Assembly (NCBI GenBank): GCA_052390615.1
Contig: JBQTGT010000035.1
Coordinates: forward strand, 14,142 to 78,141
Reading direction: 5' to 3'
Origin: Actinomycetota bacterium
Lineage (GTDB): Bacteria; Actinomycetota; Acidimicrobiia; IMCC26256; PALSA-610
Length of the DNA stretch: 64,000 nucleotides
Shown here one piece after another: positions 29,264 to 37,558 of this stretch (the stretch's first letter is position 1; the number at the start of each line of letters is the position of its first letter). Below the pieces are notes generated by a model. The model saw only the letters and a list, made by a program, of their open reading frames with translations, did not search any database and had not been told where the DNA came from. The position numbers were made by a program, and so were the translations under genes.

Positions 29264-30217
29264 CTAGGTGCGGGCGGAGCGCTGGCCTTTGAAGTGTTCG
29301 AGGGTGCGGGCGACGCCCTCATCGAGCGCAGTCCACGGCCGCCAGCCCAGGTGGATCTCCGCGCGCGAAGGGTCGAGCGCACTGCGCTGGAGGTCCCCCG
29401 GGCGCGGGGGTGCATACCGCGCCGGTTGCTTGAAGCCGGTGAGGCGCGCCATCACATCGAACAGCTGCTGGACCGACGTCTCCTCACCGGTACCGATGTT
29501 GAGCAACAGCCCGCCGCCTTTTTCGGTCGCGCGCACGAACGCATCCACGACATCGTCCACGTAGACGAAGTCACGCGTCTGCTTTCCGTCACCGAAAACC
29601 GTCGGCCGTTCGTGCCTGAGCAGCTTGCCCGCGAAGATGGACACCACACCCGCCTCGCCGTGCGGATCCTGACGCGGCCCGTACACGTTCGCGAGCGCGA
29701 GCGCGGTGTGCTCCAACCCGCGGATCTCCCGGTAGTAATGCAGATAGTCGCCGACCGCCTTCTTCGCGACGCCGTACGGCGACTCGGGGCGCTGCGGCTG
29801 TCCCTCGCGCACCGGCAGCTCGTCGGGCGTGCCGTACAGCGTCCCGCCGGACGCCGCGAACACAACCTTCTTCACTTCGGCGGCGACGCATCCTTCGAGG
29901 ACGTTCAACGAGCCGATGATGTTCACGGTCGCGTCGAAGGCCGGGCGCTGCACGGAAACCCGTACGTCGGCTTGCGCGGCGAGGTGGAACACGACGTCGG
30001 GCCGCCGGTGCGTGATCAACTCCATGACCGCCGGCGACGAGACGTCGAGACGCTGGAACGAGAAGTTGCGGCCGGGCTGGGTGCGGGCTTCCGCCAGATT
30101 GGTCAGGGAACCGCTCGAGAGGTCGTCGATGACGTCGACCTTCCAGCCCTCGGCGAGCAGCCGATCGACCAGCGTGGAGCCGATGAACCCGGCTCCGCCG
30201 GTGACGAGGGCTTTCAT
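29264..30217 (-). CDS. NAD-dependent nucleotide-sugar epimerase (GalE-like)
   Basis: MKALVTGGAGFIGS, SGGTLYG, SPYGVAKKA (YxxxK). Extended SDR. Confidence 0.85.
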   Translation of the reverse strand: MKALVTGGAGFIGSTLVDRLLAEGWKVDVIDDLSSGSLTNLAEARTQPGRNFSFQRLDVSSPAVMELITHRRPDVVFHLAAQADVRVSVQRPAFDATVNIIGSLNVLEGCVAAEVKKVVFAASGGTLYGTPDELPVREGQPQRPESPYGVAKKAVGDYLHYYREIRGLEHTALALANVYGPRQDPHGEAGVVSIFAGKLLRHERPTVFGDGKQTRDFVYVDDVVDAFVRATEKGGGLLLNIGTGEETSVQQLFDVMARLTGFKQPARYAPPRPGDLQRSALDPSRAEIHLGWRPWTALDEGVARTLEHFKGQRSART

Positions 30218-30245
30218 CGCGTCGACACGCTACTCCTGGCCGTGC

Positions 30246-31346
30246 CTACACGCGCTCCCCGGTGGGGACGCGGCCGCTCGAGATGCGGGTTCCGGATGCA
30301 ACGGTGATCGCGGCGCCGACGATGGTCTGCGCGCTCAGGACGACCTCGGGTTTCAAGACCGCGTCGGCGCCCACGATCGAATCGCGCACACGACTGCCGT
30401 GCGACACCCGCGCGCCTTCGTGCACCACGGAACCGTCGACGTCGGCGCCCGTTTCGACAATCACGCCCGCTCCCAACACCGACGCGTGCACGCGCGCGCC
30501 CGTCTCGATGCGCGCACCGTCTCCGAACAGGGCGGGCGCGATCACTTCCGCGCCGGGCTCGAGAACGGCCGCGCCCTGCATCCACACCCCGGGGGCCTCT
30601 TCGTACGCGCCCGGTGCGGGACGGCCCAGGCGACCCGCGAGCACATCCGCGTGCGCTTCGAGATACTTCTCGGGCGTACCGATGTCGAGCCAGTATGCGC
30701 CGCTGCTGTATCCGTACAGCAAACCCGGTTGCGCGAGCATCCGCGGGAACGTCTCGCGCTCGACCGAGACGTTCAGGCGGCGCGGGATCCGCTCGAGGAA
30801 CGACGGCTCGAGCACATACGTGCCGGCGTTGATCCAATTCGTCGGCGCCTTGCCGGGCATCGGCTTCTCGACGAACCCGATCACCTGGCCGTCGGCGCGC
30901 GTCGGCACCACGCCGAACGCGCTCGGGTCCTGTACCTGCGTCAGCGAGATCGTCGCCTCGGCGTTGTTCTCGTCGTGGAAGCGGACCATCGCGCCAAGGT
31001 GCAGGTCGGTGAGCACGTCGCCGTTACACACGACGAACCGCTCGTCGATGCCGTCGGCCGCGAACCGGATCGCGCCGGCGGTGCCGAGCGGTTCGTCCTC
31101 GACCGCATAACGAATCCTGATGCTGCCGAAAACGTCGTGGTCGCCGTCACTGGGAAAATGATGGTGGAACGCGTCCGGGAGATAGCCGAGCGACAACACC
31201 ACCTCGTCGACGCCATGCTCATCGAGCCACTGGAGCTGGCGTTCGAGGAAGGGCTGGTTTCCGATCGGCAGCAACGGCTTCGGCGTCGTCAGCGTCAGCG
31301 GCCTGAGTCGCGTTCCCTCACCACCGACGAGGACGACGGCCTTCAC
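30246..31346 (-). CDS. NDP-sugar pyrophosphorylase (mannose-1-phosphate guanylyltransferase-like) with C-terminal left-handed beta-helix
   Basis: MKAVVLVGGEGTRLRPLTLTTPKPLLPI. C-terminal hexapeptide-repeat region. GTGA overlap with the upstream gene. Confidence 0.88.
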   Translation of the reverse strand: MKAVVLVGGEGTRLRPLTLTTPKPLLPIGNQPFLERQLQWLDEHGVDEVVLSLGYLPDAFHHHFPSDGDHDVFGSIRIRYAVEDEPLGTAGAIRFAADGIDERFVVCNGDVLTDLHLGAMVRFHDENNAEATISLTQVQDPSAFGVVPTRADGQVIGFVEKPMPGKAPTNWINAGTYVLEPSFLERIPRRLNVSVERETFPRMLAQPGLLYGYSSGAYWLDIGTPEKYLEAHADVLAGRLGRPAPGAYEEAPGVWMQGAAVLEPGAEVIAPALFGDGARIETGARVHASVLGAGVIVETGADVDGSVVHEGARVSHGSRVRDSIVGADAVLKPEVVLSAQTIVGAAITVASGTRISSGRVPTGERV

Positions 31347-32161
31347 GGCGCGACGGTGGTCGCCGTCTCGGCCGCGGTCGTCGTCTCGGTCGGCGCGGCG
31401 GTGTCGCCCGGCGCCGAGGTGTCCGCCGGCAACGACGAGTCGGTTGGCACTGAGTCGACTGACCCCGTGACGGGCACGGTCGGCCCGGTCAGTTCGCGGC
31501 CCTCCTCTGCCGCAAGCGGGTCTTGCAGCTGCGCGGCCGCGGGCGGGTCGCCGATCTGTTCATCTTCGGGCAACAGCGCCAACGCGATGACGTCGCCGTC
31601 GTTGGGCTTGTAATTGCTGACGTCACCGGACTGCAGCTCACCATTGAGTTCCCAACGCACGACCGCGTCCTTCTCGCCACACTTGTCGCCGGTCTTGTGT
31701 TCGGCGCCGTCCCACAGTGTGAAGGAGTCCGCGCCCGTCTCCCAGCCGCCGTACTCCATGAACCGACCGACCGTGGCTTTCTTGCCCGATTCGGCGTTCA
31801 CGAACGGGTGGATGTGGATCAGCCCGTCGCCGTGGGTGTGGACACCGGCGTTTTGCGCCGTGTTCGCAGCCGAGGTGTGGAATTTTGGCGCGTTCTCCAG
31901 CCACTGGCCGCATATGTTGACGCCGAACGCGGCGTGCCAGTGTTCACCGGTCTTGGGCGACACCGCCTCGTTGCGGCTGATGACGATCAGGAACACGCCG
32001 ACGGCTACGACCAGCGCGGACAGTGCATACCAACCGCGCGAACTGCGCGACCGGCGCGCCGCGGACACGGCGGCGCGCCGCTTTGTGCGAAGGGAACGAG
32101 CCACGGGTTCGAGGCTAGTCGCTGATGCGCGCACGAACGGACGCGCCCCAGCGGCGCGCAC
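31343..32161 (-). CDS. Membrane-anchored secreted hypothetical protein with His-rich motif and Pro/Thr/Ala-rich tail
   Basis: TM anchor WYALSALVVAVGVFLIVI. Then HWHAAFGVNICGQW...GVHTHGDGLIHIHPF and a low-complexity tail. Start uncertain: ATG 32161 overlaps the upstream gene by 47 nt; GTG 32104 is the alternative. Confidence 0.6.
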   Translation of the reverse strand: MRAAGARPFVRASATSLEPVARSLRTKRRAAVSAARRSRSSRGWYALSALVVAVGVFLIVISRNEAVSPKTGEHWHAAFGVNICGQWLENAPKFHTSAANTAQNAGVHTHGDGLIHIHPFVNAESGKKATVGRFMEYGGWETGADSFTLWDGAEHKTGDKCGEKDAVVRWELNGELQSGDVSNYKPNDGDVIALALLPEDEQIGDPPAAAQLQDPLAAEEGRELTGPTVPVTGSVDSVPTDSSLPADTSAPGDTAAPTETTTAAETATTVAP

Positions 32162-33038
32162 ACATGACGAGCGCGCGTATCGCGAGGAAGATCGCGGCGA
32201 AGGGCAGAAGCACTGCCTGCACCCCCGTCAGTCGGCGCTGGGCAAACCGCCACGCGGAGCGGTGGTGCTCGAGCAGCATCCGGTAGGGCCTGCGATCCGT
32301 GCTCGCGCCCTGGATGTGCCACACGACGCCACCCGGTTCGTAGGCGATCTCCCAGCCGGCGCGCCGGAGCCGCCAGCACAAGTCGACATCTTCGAAGTAC
32401 ATGAAGTACTCCTCGTCCCAGCCGCCGACGGCGTCGAGCGCGCTGCGACGCAGGAAGATCGCCGAACCCGACAGCCAGTCGACAACGCGCGGGCGGCTCG
32501 GGTCGGCGTCACGTTGGTGGTAGCGCGCCGTGAAGCGGTTGTCCGGTCGGAACGGCGCGAGTCCGGCGTGCAGTGCCGCGACGCGGATCGACGGCACGAT
32601 GCGCGCGGATGGGTAGTCGGTGCCGTCACAATTCTTCAATCGGGGCCCGCACGCGGCGACGCGCGGTTGCGTGTCAAGGCGCGCGAGCATCGCGGCGGCG
32701 GTCCCGCGCTCGAGCGTCGTGTCCGGGTTCAGCACCGCGACGACGGGAGCGCGCGTTGCCGCGGCCCCGAGGTTGGCGGCCCGTGTGTATCCGACGTTTC
32801 CGGGCGATCGGATCACATGCACCGACGGAAACGCATGCAACAACTGGCTGATCGAGCCGTCACGCGACCCATTGTCGACGACGACCAGCTCGACTGGTCC
32901 CGCGGTGTCGTCGGCGAGCACAGACGCGACGCAGTCTGTCAGCAGCGGACCCGCCTCGTAGTTGACGACGACCGCGGCCCATCGCGCGCGAGTCACGCGC
33001 GGTGCTAGTCCCTGAACCGATACTTGACCAGCGTCCAC
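32115..33038 (-). CDS. Glycosyltransferase family 2 (WbbL/rhamnosyltransferase-like)
   Basis: AAVVVNYEAG...VVVDNGSRDGS...GNVGYTRAAN...LNPDT...GSAIFLRRSALDAVGGWDEEYFMYFEDVDLCWR. Alternative GTG start at 32996. Confidence 0.85.
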   Translation of the reverse strand: MDAGQVSVQGLAPRVTRARWAAVVVNYEAGPLLTDCVASVLADDTAGPVELVVVDNGSRDGSISQLLHAFPSVHVIRSPGNVGYTRAANLGAAATRAPVVAVLNPDTTLERGTAAAMLARLDTQPRVAACGPRLKNCDGTDYPSARIVPSIRVAALHAGLAPFRPDNRFTARYHQRDADPSRPRVVDWLSGSAIFLRRSALDAVGGWDEEYFMYFEDVDLCWRLRRAGWEIAYEPGGVVWHIQGASTDRRPYRMLLEHHRSAWRFAQRRLTGVQAVLLPFAAIFLAIRALVMCARRWGASVRARISD

Positions 33039-33730
33039 AGCGCGGCGAAGCCGTCCTTCCAGGTGATCTTCTTGCCCTCTTCGAACTCGCGGCCGGTGTA
33101 CGAGATCGGGACCTCGTAGATGCGTGCACCGCGCTTCAGCAACTTCGCGGTGATCTCGGGTTCGATGTCGAAGCGGTCGGATCGCAGATCCATTCCATCG
33201 AGCAGCGCACGGTCGATCAGCTTGTAGCAGGTCTCCATGTCGGAGAGGGTCGTGTTGTACAGCACGTTCGTCACGAGCGACAGGAATCGATTGCCGACCC
33301 AGTGGAGGAACAGCATGTTGCGGCGCTCGCCCGTAAACCTCGAGCCGTAGACCACATTCGCCCTACCGGTGAGCACTGGGTTGCACATGCGGGGCCAGTC
33401 CTGCGGGTCGTACTCGAGGTCGGCGTCCTGCACGAGCACGTAGTCGCCGGTGACGTGTTCGAGCCCGGTGCGCAGCGCCGCGCCTTTCCCGCGGTTTCGG
33501 TCGTGCAGCACCACGCGTACCGTGCTGTCACCCAATTGTCGCAGCACGTCGCGCGTTCCGTCGGTACTACCGTCGTCGACGATGATAATTTCGCGCTCGA
33601 CCCCGTTCGGGAGCTCGACCGCGCGCATGCGCCGCACGATCTCGGGCAGCGTGTTGCGCTCGTTGTAGACGGGCACGAGCACCGACAGCTTGTGCAGCTT
33701 CGACGGCGACGGCAGGTCACGTGCGGCCAC
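33005..33730 (-). CDS. Glycosyltransferase family 2, polyprenyl-phosphate glycosyltransferase type (DPM1/GtrB/ArnC-like, no TM tail)
   Basis: LSVLVPVYNERNTLPEIV...IIIVDDGSTDGT...RNRGKGAALRTG...VLVQDADLEYDP. GTG at 33730; the upstream part of ORF 33005..34111 overlaps uxs. Confidence 0.82.
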   Translation of the reverse strand: MAARDLPSPSKLHKLSVLVPVYNERNTLPEIVRRMRAVELPNGVEREIIIVDDGSTDGTRDVLRQLGDSTVRVVLHDRNRGKGAALRTGLEHVTGDYVLVQDADLEYDPQDWPRMCNPVLTGRANVVYGSRFTGERRNMLFLHWVGNRFLSLVTNVLYNTTLSDMETCYKLIDRALLDGMDLRSDRFDIEPEITAKLLKRGARIYEVPISYTGREFEEGKKITWKDGFAALWTLVKYRFRD

Positions 33731-34661
33731 GAGCTCGCTCCTCCAGGTACCAGGTCGCCATTCGGTGCAATCCGTCGCGCAAGCTGACGGTCGGTTCCCA
33801 GCCGAGCAGGGTACGCGCCCGCGTGATGTCCGGTCGACGCCGGGCGGGGTCGTCGATCGGCAGCGGCTCGAAGACGACGGCGGAGTGTGATCCGACGACT
33901 TCGCGGATGACGTCCGCGAGCTCGAGCATCGTGAACTCGTCGGGGTTCCCGATGTTCGTGGGTTCGACCAGCTCTGAATCGAACAGCGCGACAATGCCGC
34001 GCACCTCGTCGTCCACGTAACAAAACGAACGCGTCTGGCTACCGTCGCCGTAGATCGTGAGCGGCTTCCCTTCGACGGCTTGAACCAAGAAGTTCGACAC
34101 GACGCGTCCATCGGCCGGCCGTAGGTGCGGACCGTAGGTGTTGAAGATGCGCACGATCGCGGTGTTGACGTCGCAGTGGCGGTGGTAGGTCATTGTCAAC
34201 GTCTCTGCGAAGCGCTTCGCTTCGTCATACACCGACCGTGGACCGGTTGGATCGACATTCCCGCGGTAGTCCTCGGGTTGTGGATGAACGAGCGGGTCGC
34301 CGTACACCTCGCTCGTCGAGGCAAGCAGAAAGCGGGCGTCGTGCCGGCGCGCGAGATCGAGCGCGCGGCGGGTTCCGATCGCTCCGACGTCGAGCGTCTC
34401 GAGCGGCATCCGCAGGTACTCGGGCGGGCTCGCGGGACTCGCGAAATGCAACACCCCGTCGAAGTGGCCCTCAGCGGGGATCCCTTCGCACACGTCGGCG
34501 CGCATGAACGTGAAGTCGACGTGGTCATCGAGGCCGTGGAGATTCTCGCGGCGGCCCGTCGACAGATTGTCGAGCGCGACGACCTCGTCACCACGACCGA
34601 GAAAGGCACGACACAGGTGCGAGCCGAGGAAGCCGGCTCCACCTGTGATGAGGACTCTCAC
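33717..34661 (-). CDS. UDP-glucuronate decarboxylase (UDP-xylose synthase family)
   Basis: VRVLITGGAGFLGSHL...ASTSEVYGDP...YDEAKRFAE...RIFNTYGP. GTG at 34661 forms a GTGA overlap with the ugd stop. Confidence 0.85.
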   Translation of the reverse strand: MRVLITGGAGFLGSHLCRAFLGRGDEVVALDNLSTGRRENLHGLDDHVDFTFMRADVCEGIPAEGHFDGVLHFASPASPPEYLRMPLETLDVGAIGTRRALDLARRHDARFLLASTSEVYGDPLVHPQPEDYRGNVDPTGPRSVYDEAKRFAETLTMTYHRHCDVNTAIVRIFNTYGPHLRPADGRVVSNFLVQAVEGKPLTIYGDGSQTRSFCYVDDEVRGIVALFDSELVEPTNIGNPDEFTMLELADVIREVVGSHSAVVFEPLPIDDPARRRPDITRARTLLGWEPTVSLRDGLHRMATWYLEERARGRT

Positions 34662-35953
34662 CTGCGGCCGATCCCCTCGTAGGCAAAGCCCCGACGGCGC
34701 ATGGCCGCAGGATCGAGCAAGTTGCGCGAATCCACGATCGACGGCGAACGCATGTATGCACCGACGCGCTCGAAGTCGACCCAGCGGAACTCGTCCCACT
34801 CGGTCAAGAGCGCAATGACGTCGGCACCTTCACTGACTGCGTATACATCAGCGCAGACACTGAGCCCGGGGACGATTCCGATGGCGCGCTCACCCGCGGC
34901 CGGGTCGAACGCGCGGACTATCGCGCCCTCCTCGATGAGCCGTTTGGCAACGGCGAGGGCGGGCGAGTCTCGCAGGTCGTCGGTTTCGGCTTTGAACGTC
35001 AATCCCCAGATCGCGATCGTCGCGCGTGCAAGATCGCCGCCGGCGGCATCGCGGATCTTTGCCACTACCCGTTCGTGTTGTGCGCGGTTGACCTCGACGA
35101 CGCCGCGGAGGAGCTCGAAGTCGTCGCCGCTCAAGTGCGCGGTGTGCAACAGCGCCGCAACATCCTTCGGAAAGCACGAGCCGCCATAGCCCGGGCCGGG
35201 ATGCAGGAACTGAAACCCGATCCGCTGGTCGTATCCCATGCCGATCGCGACGTCGCGGATGTCCGCGTCGACCGCCTCGCACACGTTCGCGACCGCGTTG
35301 ACGAACGAAATCTTGGTGGCAAGAAACGCGTTCGACGCGTACTTGATCATCTCGGCGGACGCAGGATCGGTCACGAGCACGGGCGCTTGCACCCCGCGGT
35401 ACAGCTCGGACACTCGCACTGCGGCGGCGGGTTCTTCGCAGCCGATGACGATGCGGTCGGGGTGGAGAAAATCGTGCACGGCCTGGCCCTCTCGGAGGAA
35501 CTCGGGGTTCGAAACGACGTTGACGTCGTCGTTCGATGCCCCCGCATCCGAGAGCACGCGCTGGACGAACCGCGTCGTTCCGACCGGCACCGTGGACTTG
35601 TTGACCACTACGGCACCGGGACGCAGCACCGGCGCGATGTCACGCGCGACCTGCTCGACGTAGGTGAGATCCGCGGCGCCGTCGTCGCCCTGCGGCGTCT
35701 GGACGCAGAGAAACACGACCTCGGCATTGGTCGCGGCGGCCGCGGCGCCGACCACAAACCGCAACCGCCGGCTTTCGATGCCGGCGGCAACCAGCGCCGG
35801 AAGCCCTTTCTCGAGGATCGGGATCTCGGCCTTGTTGAGCTGTCGTACCCGTCCCGGATCGAGATCGGCGCAGACGACGTCGTGCCCTAGGTGCGCAAGA
35901 CACGCCGCGGTCGTGAGACCAACATAGCCCGCGCCCGCGACTGCAATTCGCAC
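34658..35953 (-). CDS. ugd: UDP-glucose 6-dehydrogenase
   Basis: MRIAVAGAGYVGLTTA...GGSCFPKD catalytic Cys block. 431 aa. Confidence 0.93.
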   Translation of the reverse strand: MRIAVAGAGYVGLTTAACLAHLGHDVVCADLDPGRVRQLNKAEIPILEKGLPALVAAGIESRRLRFVVGAAAAATNAEVVFLCVQTPQGDDGAADLTYVEQVARDIAPVLRPGAVVVNKSTVPVGTTRFVQRVLSDAGASNDDVNVVSNPEFLREGQAVHDFLHPDRIVIGCEEPAAAVRVSELYRGVQAPVLVTDPASAEMIKYASNAFLATKISFVNAVANVCEAVDADIRDVAIGMGYDQRIGFQFLHPGPGYGGSCFPKDVAALLHTAHLSGDDFELLRGVVEVNRAQHERVVAKIRDAAGGDLARATIAIWGLTFKAETDDLRDSPALAVAKRLIEEGAIVRAFDPAAGERAIGIVPGLSVCADVYAVSEGADVIALLTEWDEFRWVDFERVGAYMRSPSIVDSRNLLDPAAMRRRGFAYEGIGRR

Positions 35954-36013
35954 GGTGGCAGCTTAGGGGTGGCGCACACCAGGTTCGTGACGCACGGGAC
36001 TGGTCTGTGCGGA

Positions 36014-37558
36014 TCAGCAACCCGCGACGGGGAACGGCTGGTCCGGCGAACCGCCTGGATTCGCGGGCGCAACCGTCGTGACCAGTGCCGTCGACGGAGA
36101 CTGCACCGACCGCGCGGGCGCCGCGACGTTTCCCTCCGCGAACGCGACGAGGCCAGCTGGAACCGCGAACGCTTCGCCGTCGGCACCCACCGCCGGCGCG
36201 CCAAGTTGCTGGAAGTCGGCGCCGACCACAACGAGAATCTCCGCGTCGCTCGGCGAGTCGTTCAGCTCGACGAGTTGCCCGGCGCCGCCGAGGTTCGCGA
36301 GGACGACGCGCGCCTTCTCCTCGTCGTCCGGACCGAAACGCACTTCGGTGAACTCGTAGTCGCTGTGGTCGGCGTTTCCAGGTGGTTCGACCGTCGCGAA
36401 GCCGAGATCGGCGAGACCGTCGAATACGACGCGCGCCTGCCCCGAAACGCCGGAACCGTTGCGCACCGCGACCCCGATCTCGCCCGGTGGAATGTCGGCG
36501 ACGGTGTCCGCTTCGGCGACCGGCGGTTCGCCGAAGGCCCGCAGCCGGGCGAGGATCGGCGCGGCCTCTTCGTCGATCATCACCTGCGCGTCCTGACCGT
36601 CGATGAACTCGCGCCGGCTCGGGATCGTCAGCATCTCGACGACCTCGGGATCGACCTCGCGGAACGTGCGAGCGAGCGCCCTGAGGTCGGAGAGCCCGAG
36701 CTTCGGGTCTAGGCTGAGGTTGTCGATCGACTTGTTCAAGATGTTGTTGATCTTGGTCAGGTCGCGGAACCCGGCCCGTATGGCAGTCTTCGCGAGCGAT
36801 CGCATGAAGTACTGCTGGCGCCGGATGCGACCGAGGTCAGCGGTGCCGTCGACGTGCCAGTCGCCACCAGCGTCTTGGGACTCGTACTGGCGTGAGCGGA
36901 CGTAGTTCAACGCCATGTCACCGTCGAGGTCGCGACAGCCCGCCGTATCGATGAACAGCCCACTCTTCACGTCACGCGCCGGCGTCGGGAAGAAGATCGG
37001 GACGCTGCCGATCGCGTCCACCAGGTTGCGGAAGCCGTTGAAGTTGATCTCGATGTAGTGGTGCACCTTGACGTCGAAGTTCGACTTGATCGTGTCGACG
37101 ACCCGTTGCGGTCCACCGTTGAACGCGGCGTTCAGCTTCGACTCACCGAACTCGGGGATGTCGACCCAGAGGTCACGCGGGAACGAGACGAGGAGCCCGC
37201 TCTCGGTGTCGGGATCGATGTGCGCGATCATGATCGTGTCGGAGCGCTGCCCGCCCGTCTCGTCGGCATCGCCGAAGTGCTCGGCGTCGAGGCCACCTTC
37301 GACGAACGCACGCGTGTCCGATCCGATGATCAGGAAGTTCGCGGGCTCGCCGCGCTGCTGTTCGTCGAGTTCGACATCGACGCGCGCGGCGTCGTCAAGT
37401 TTCCGATCCGCGATCCAGTAGGAGCTGCCGATGCCAATACCCGCGAACGCCGTCGAGATGACGAGCGCGAGGACGAAGCGATTGGCGAAGGCGCGCGCCG
37501 AGGAGACCGGGTTCACGATCGCACCACGGTAGTGATCGCCATGTCGATCTACGGGCAC
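36014..37558 (-). CDS. LytR-CpsA-Psr (LCP) family glycopolymer ligase with C-terminal LytR_C-like domain
   Basis: TM anchor; ANFLIIGSDTR...RSDTIMIAHIDP...VSFPRDLWVDIP...KLNAAF...HHYIEINFNGF. Confidence 0.9.
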   Translation of the reverse strand: MPVDRHGDHYRGAIVNPVSSARAFANRFVLALVISTAFAGIGIGSSYWIADRKLDDAARVDVELDEQQRGEPANFLIIGSDTRAFVEGGLDAEHFGDADETGGQRSDTIMIAHIDPDTESGLLVSFPRDLWVDIPEFGESKLNAAFNGGPQRVVDTIKSNFDVKVHHYIEINFNGFRNLVDAIGSVPIFFPTPARDVKSGLFIDTAGCRDLDGDMALNYVRSRQYESQDAGGDWHVDGTADLGRIRRQQYFMRSLAKTAIRAGFRDLTKINNILNKSIDNLSLDPKLGLSDLRALARTFREVDPEVVEMLTIPSRREFIDGQDAQVMIDEEAAPILARLRAFGEPPVAEADTVADIPPGEIGVAVRNGSGVSGQARVVFDGLADLGFATVEPPGNADHSDYEFTEVRFGPDDEEKARVVLANLGGAGQLVELNDSPSDAEILVVVGADFQQLGAPAVGADGEAFAVPAGLVAFAEGNVAAPARSVQSPSTALVTTVAPANPGGSPDQPFPVAGC

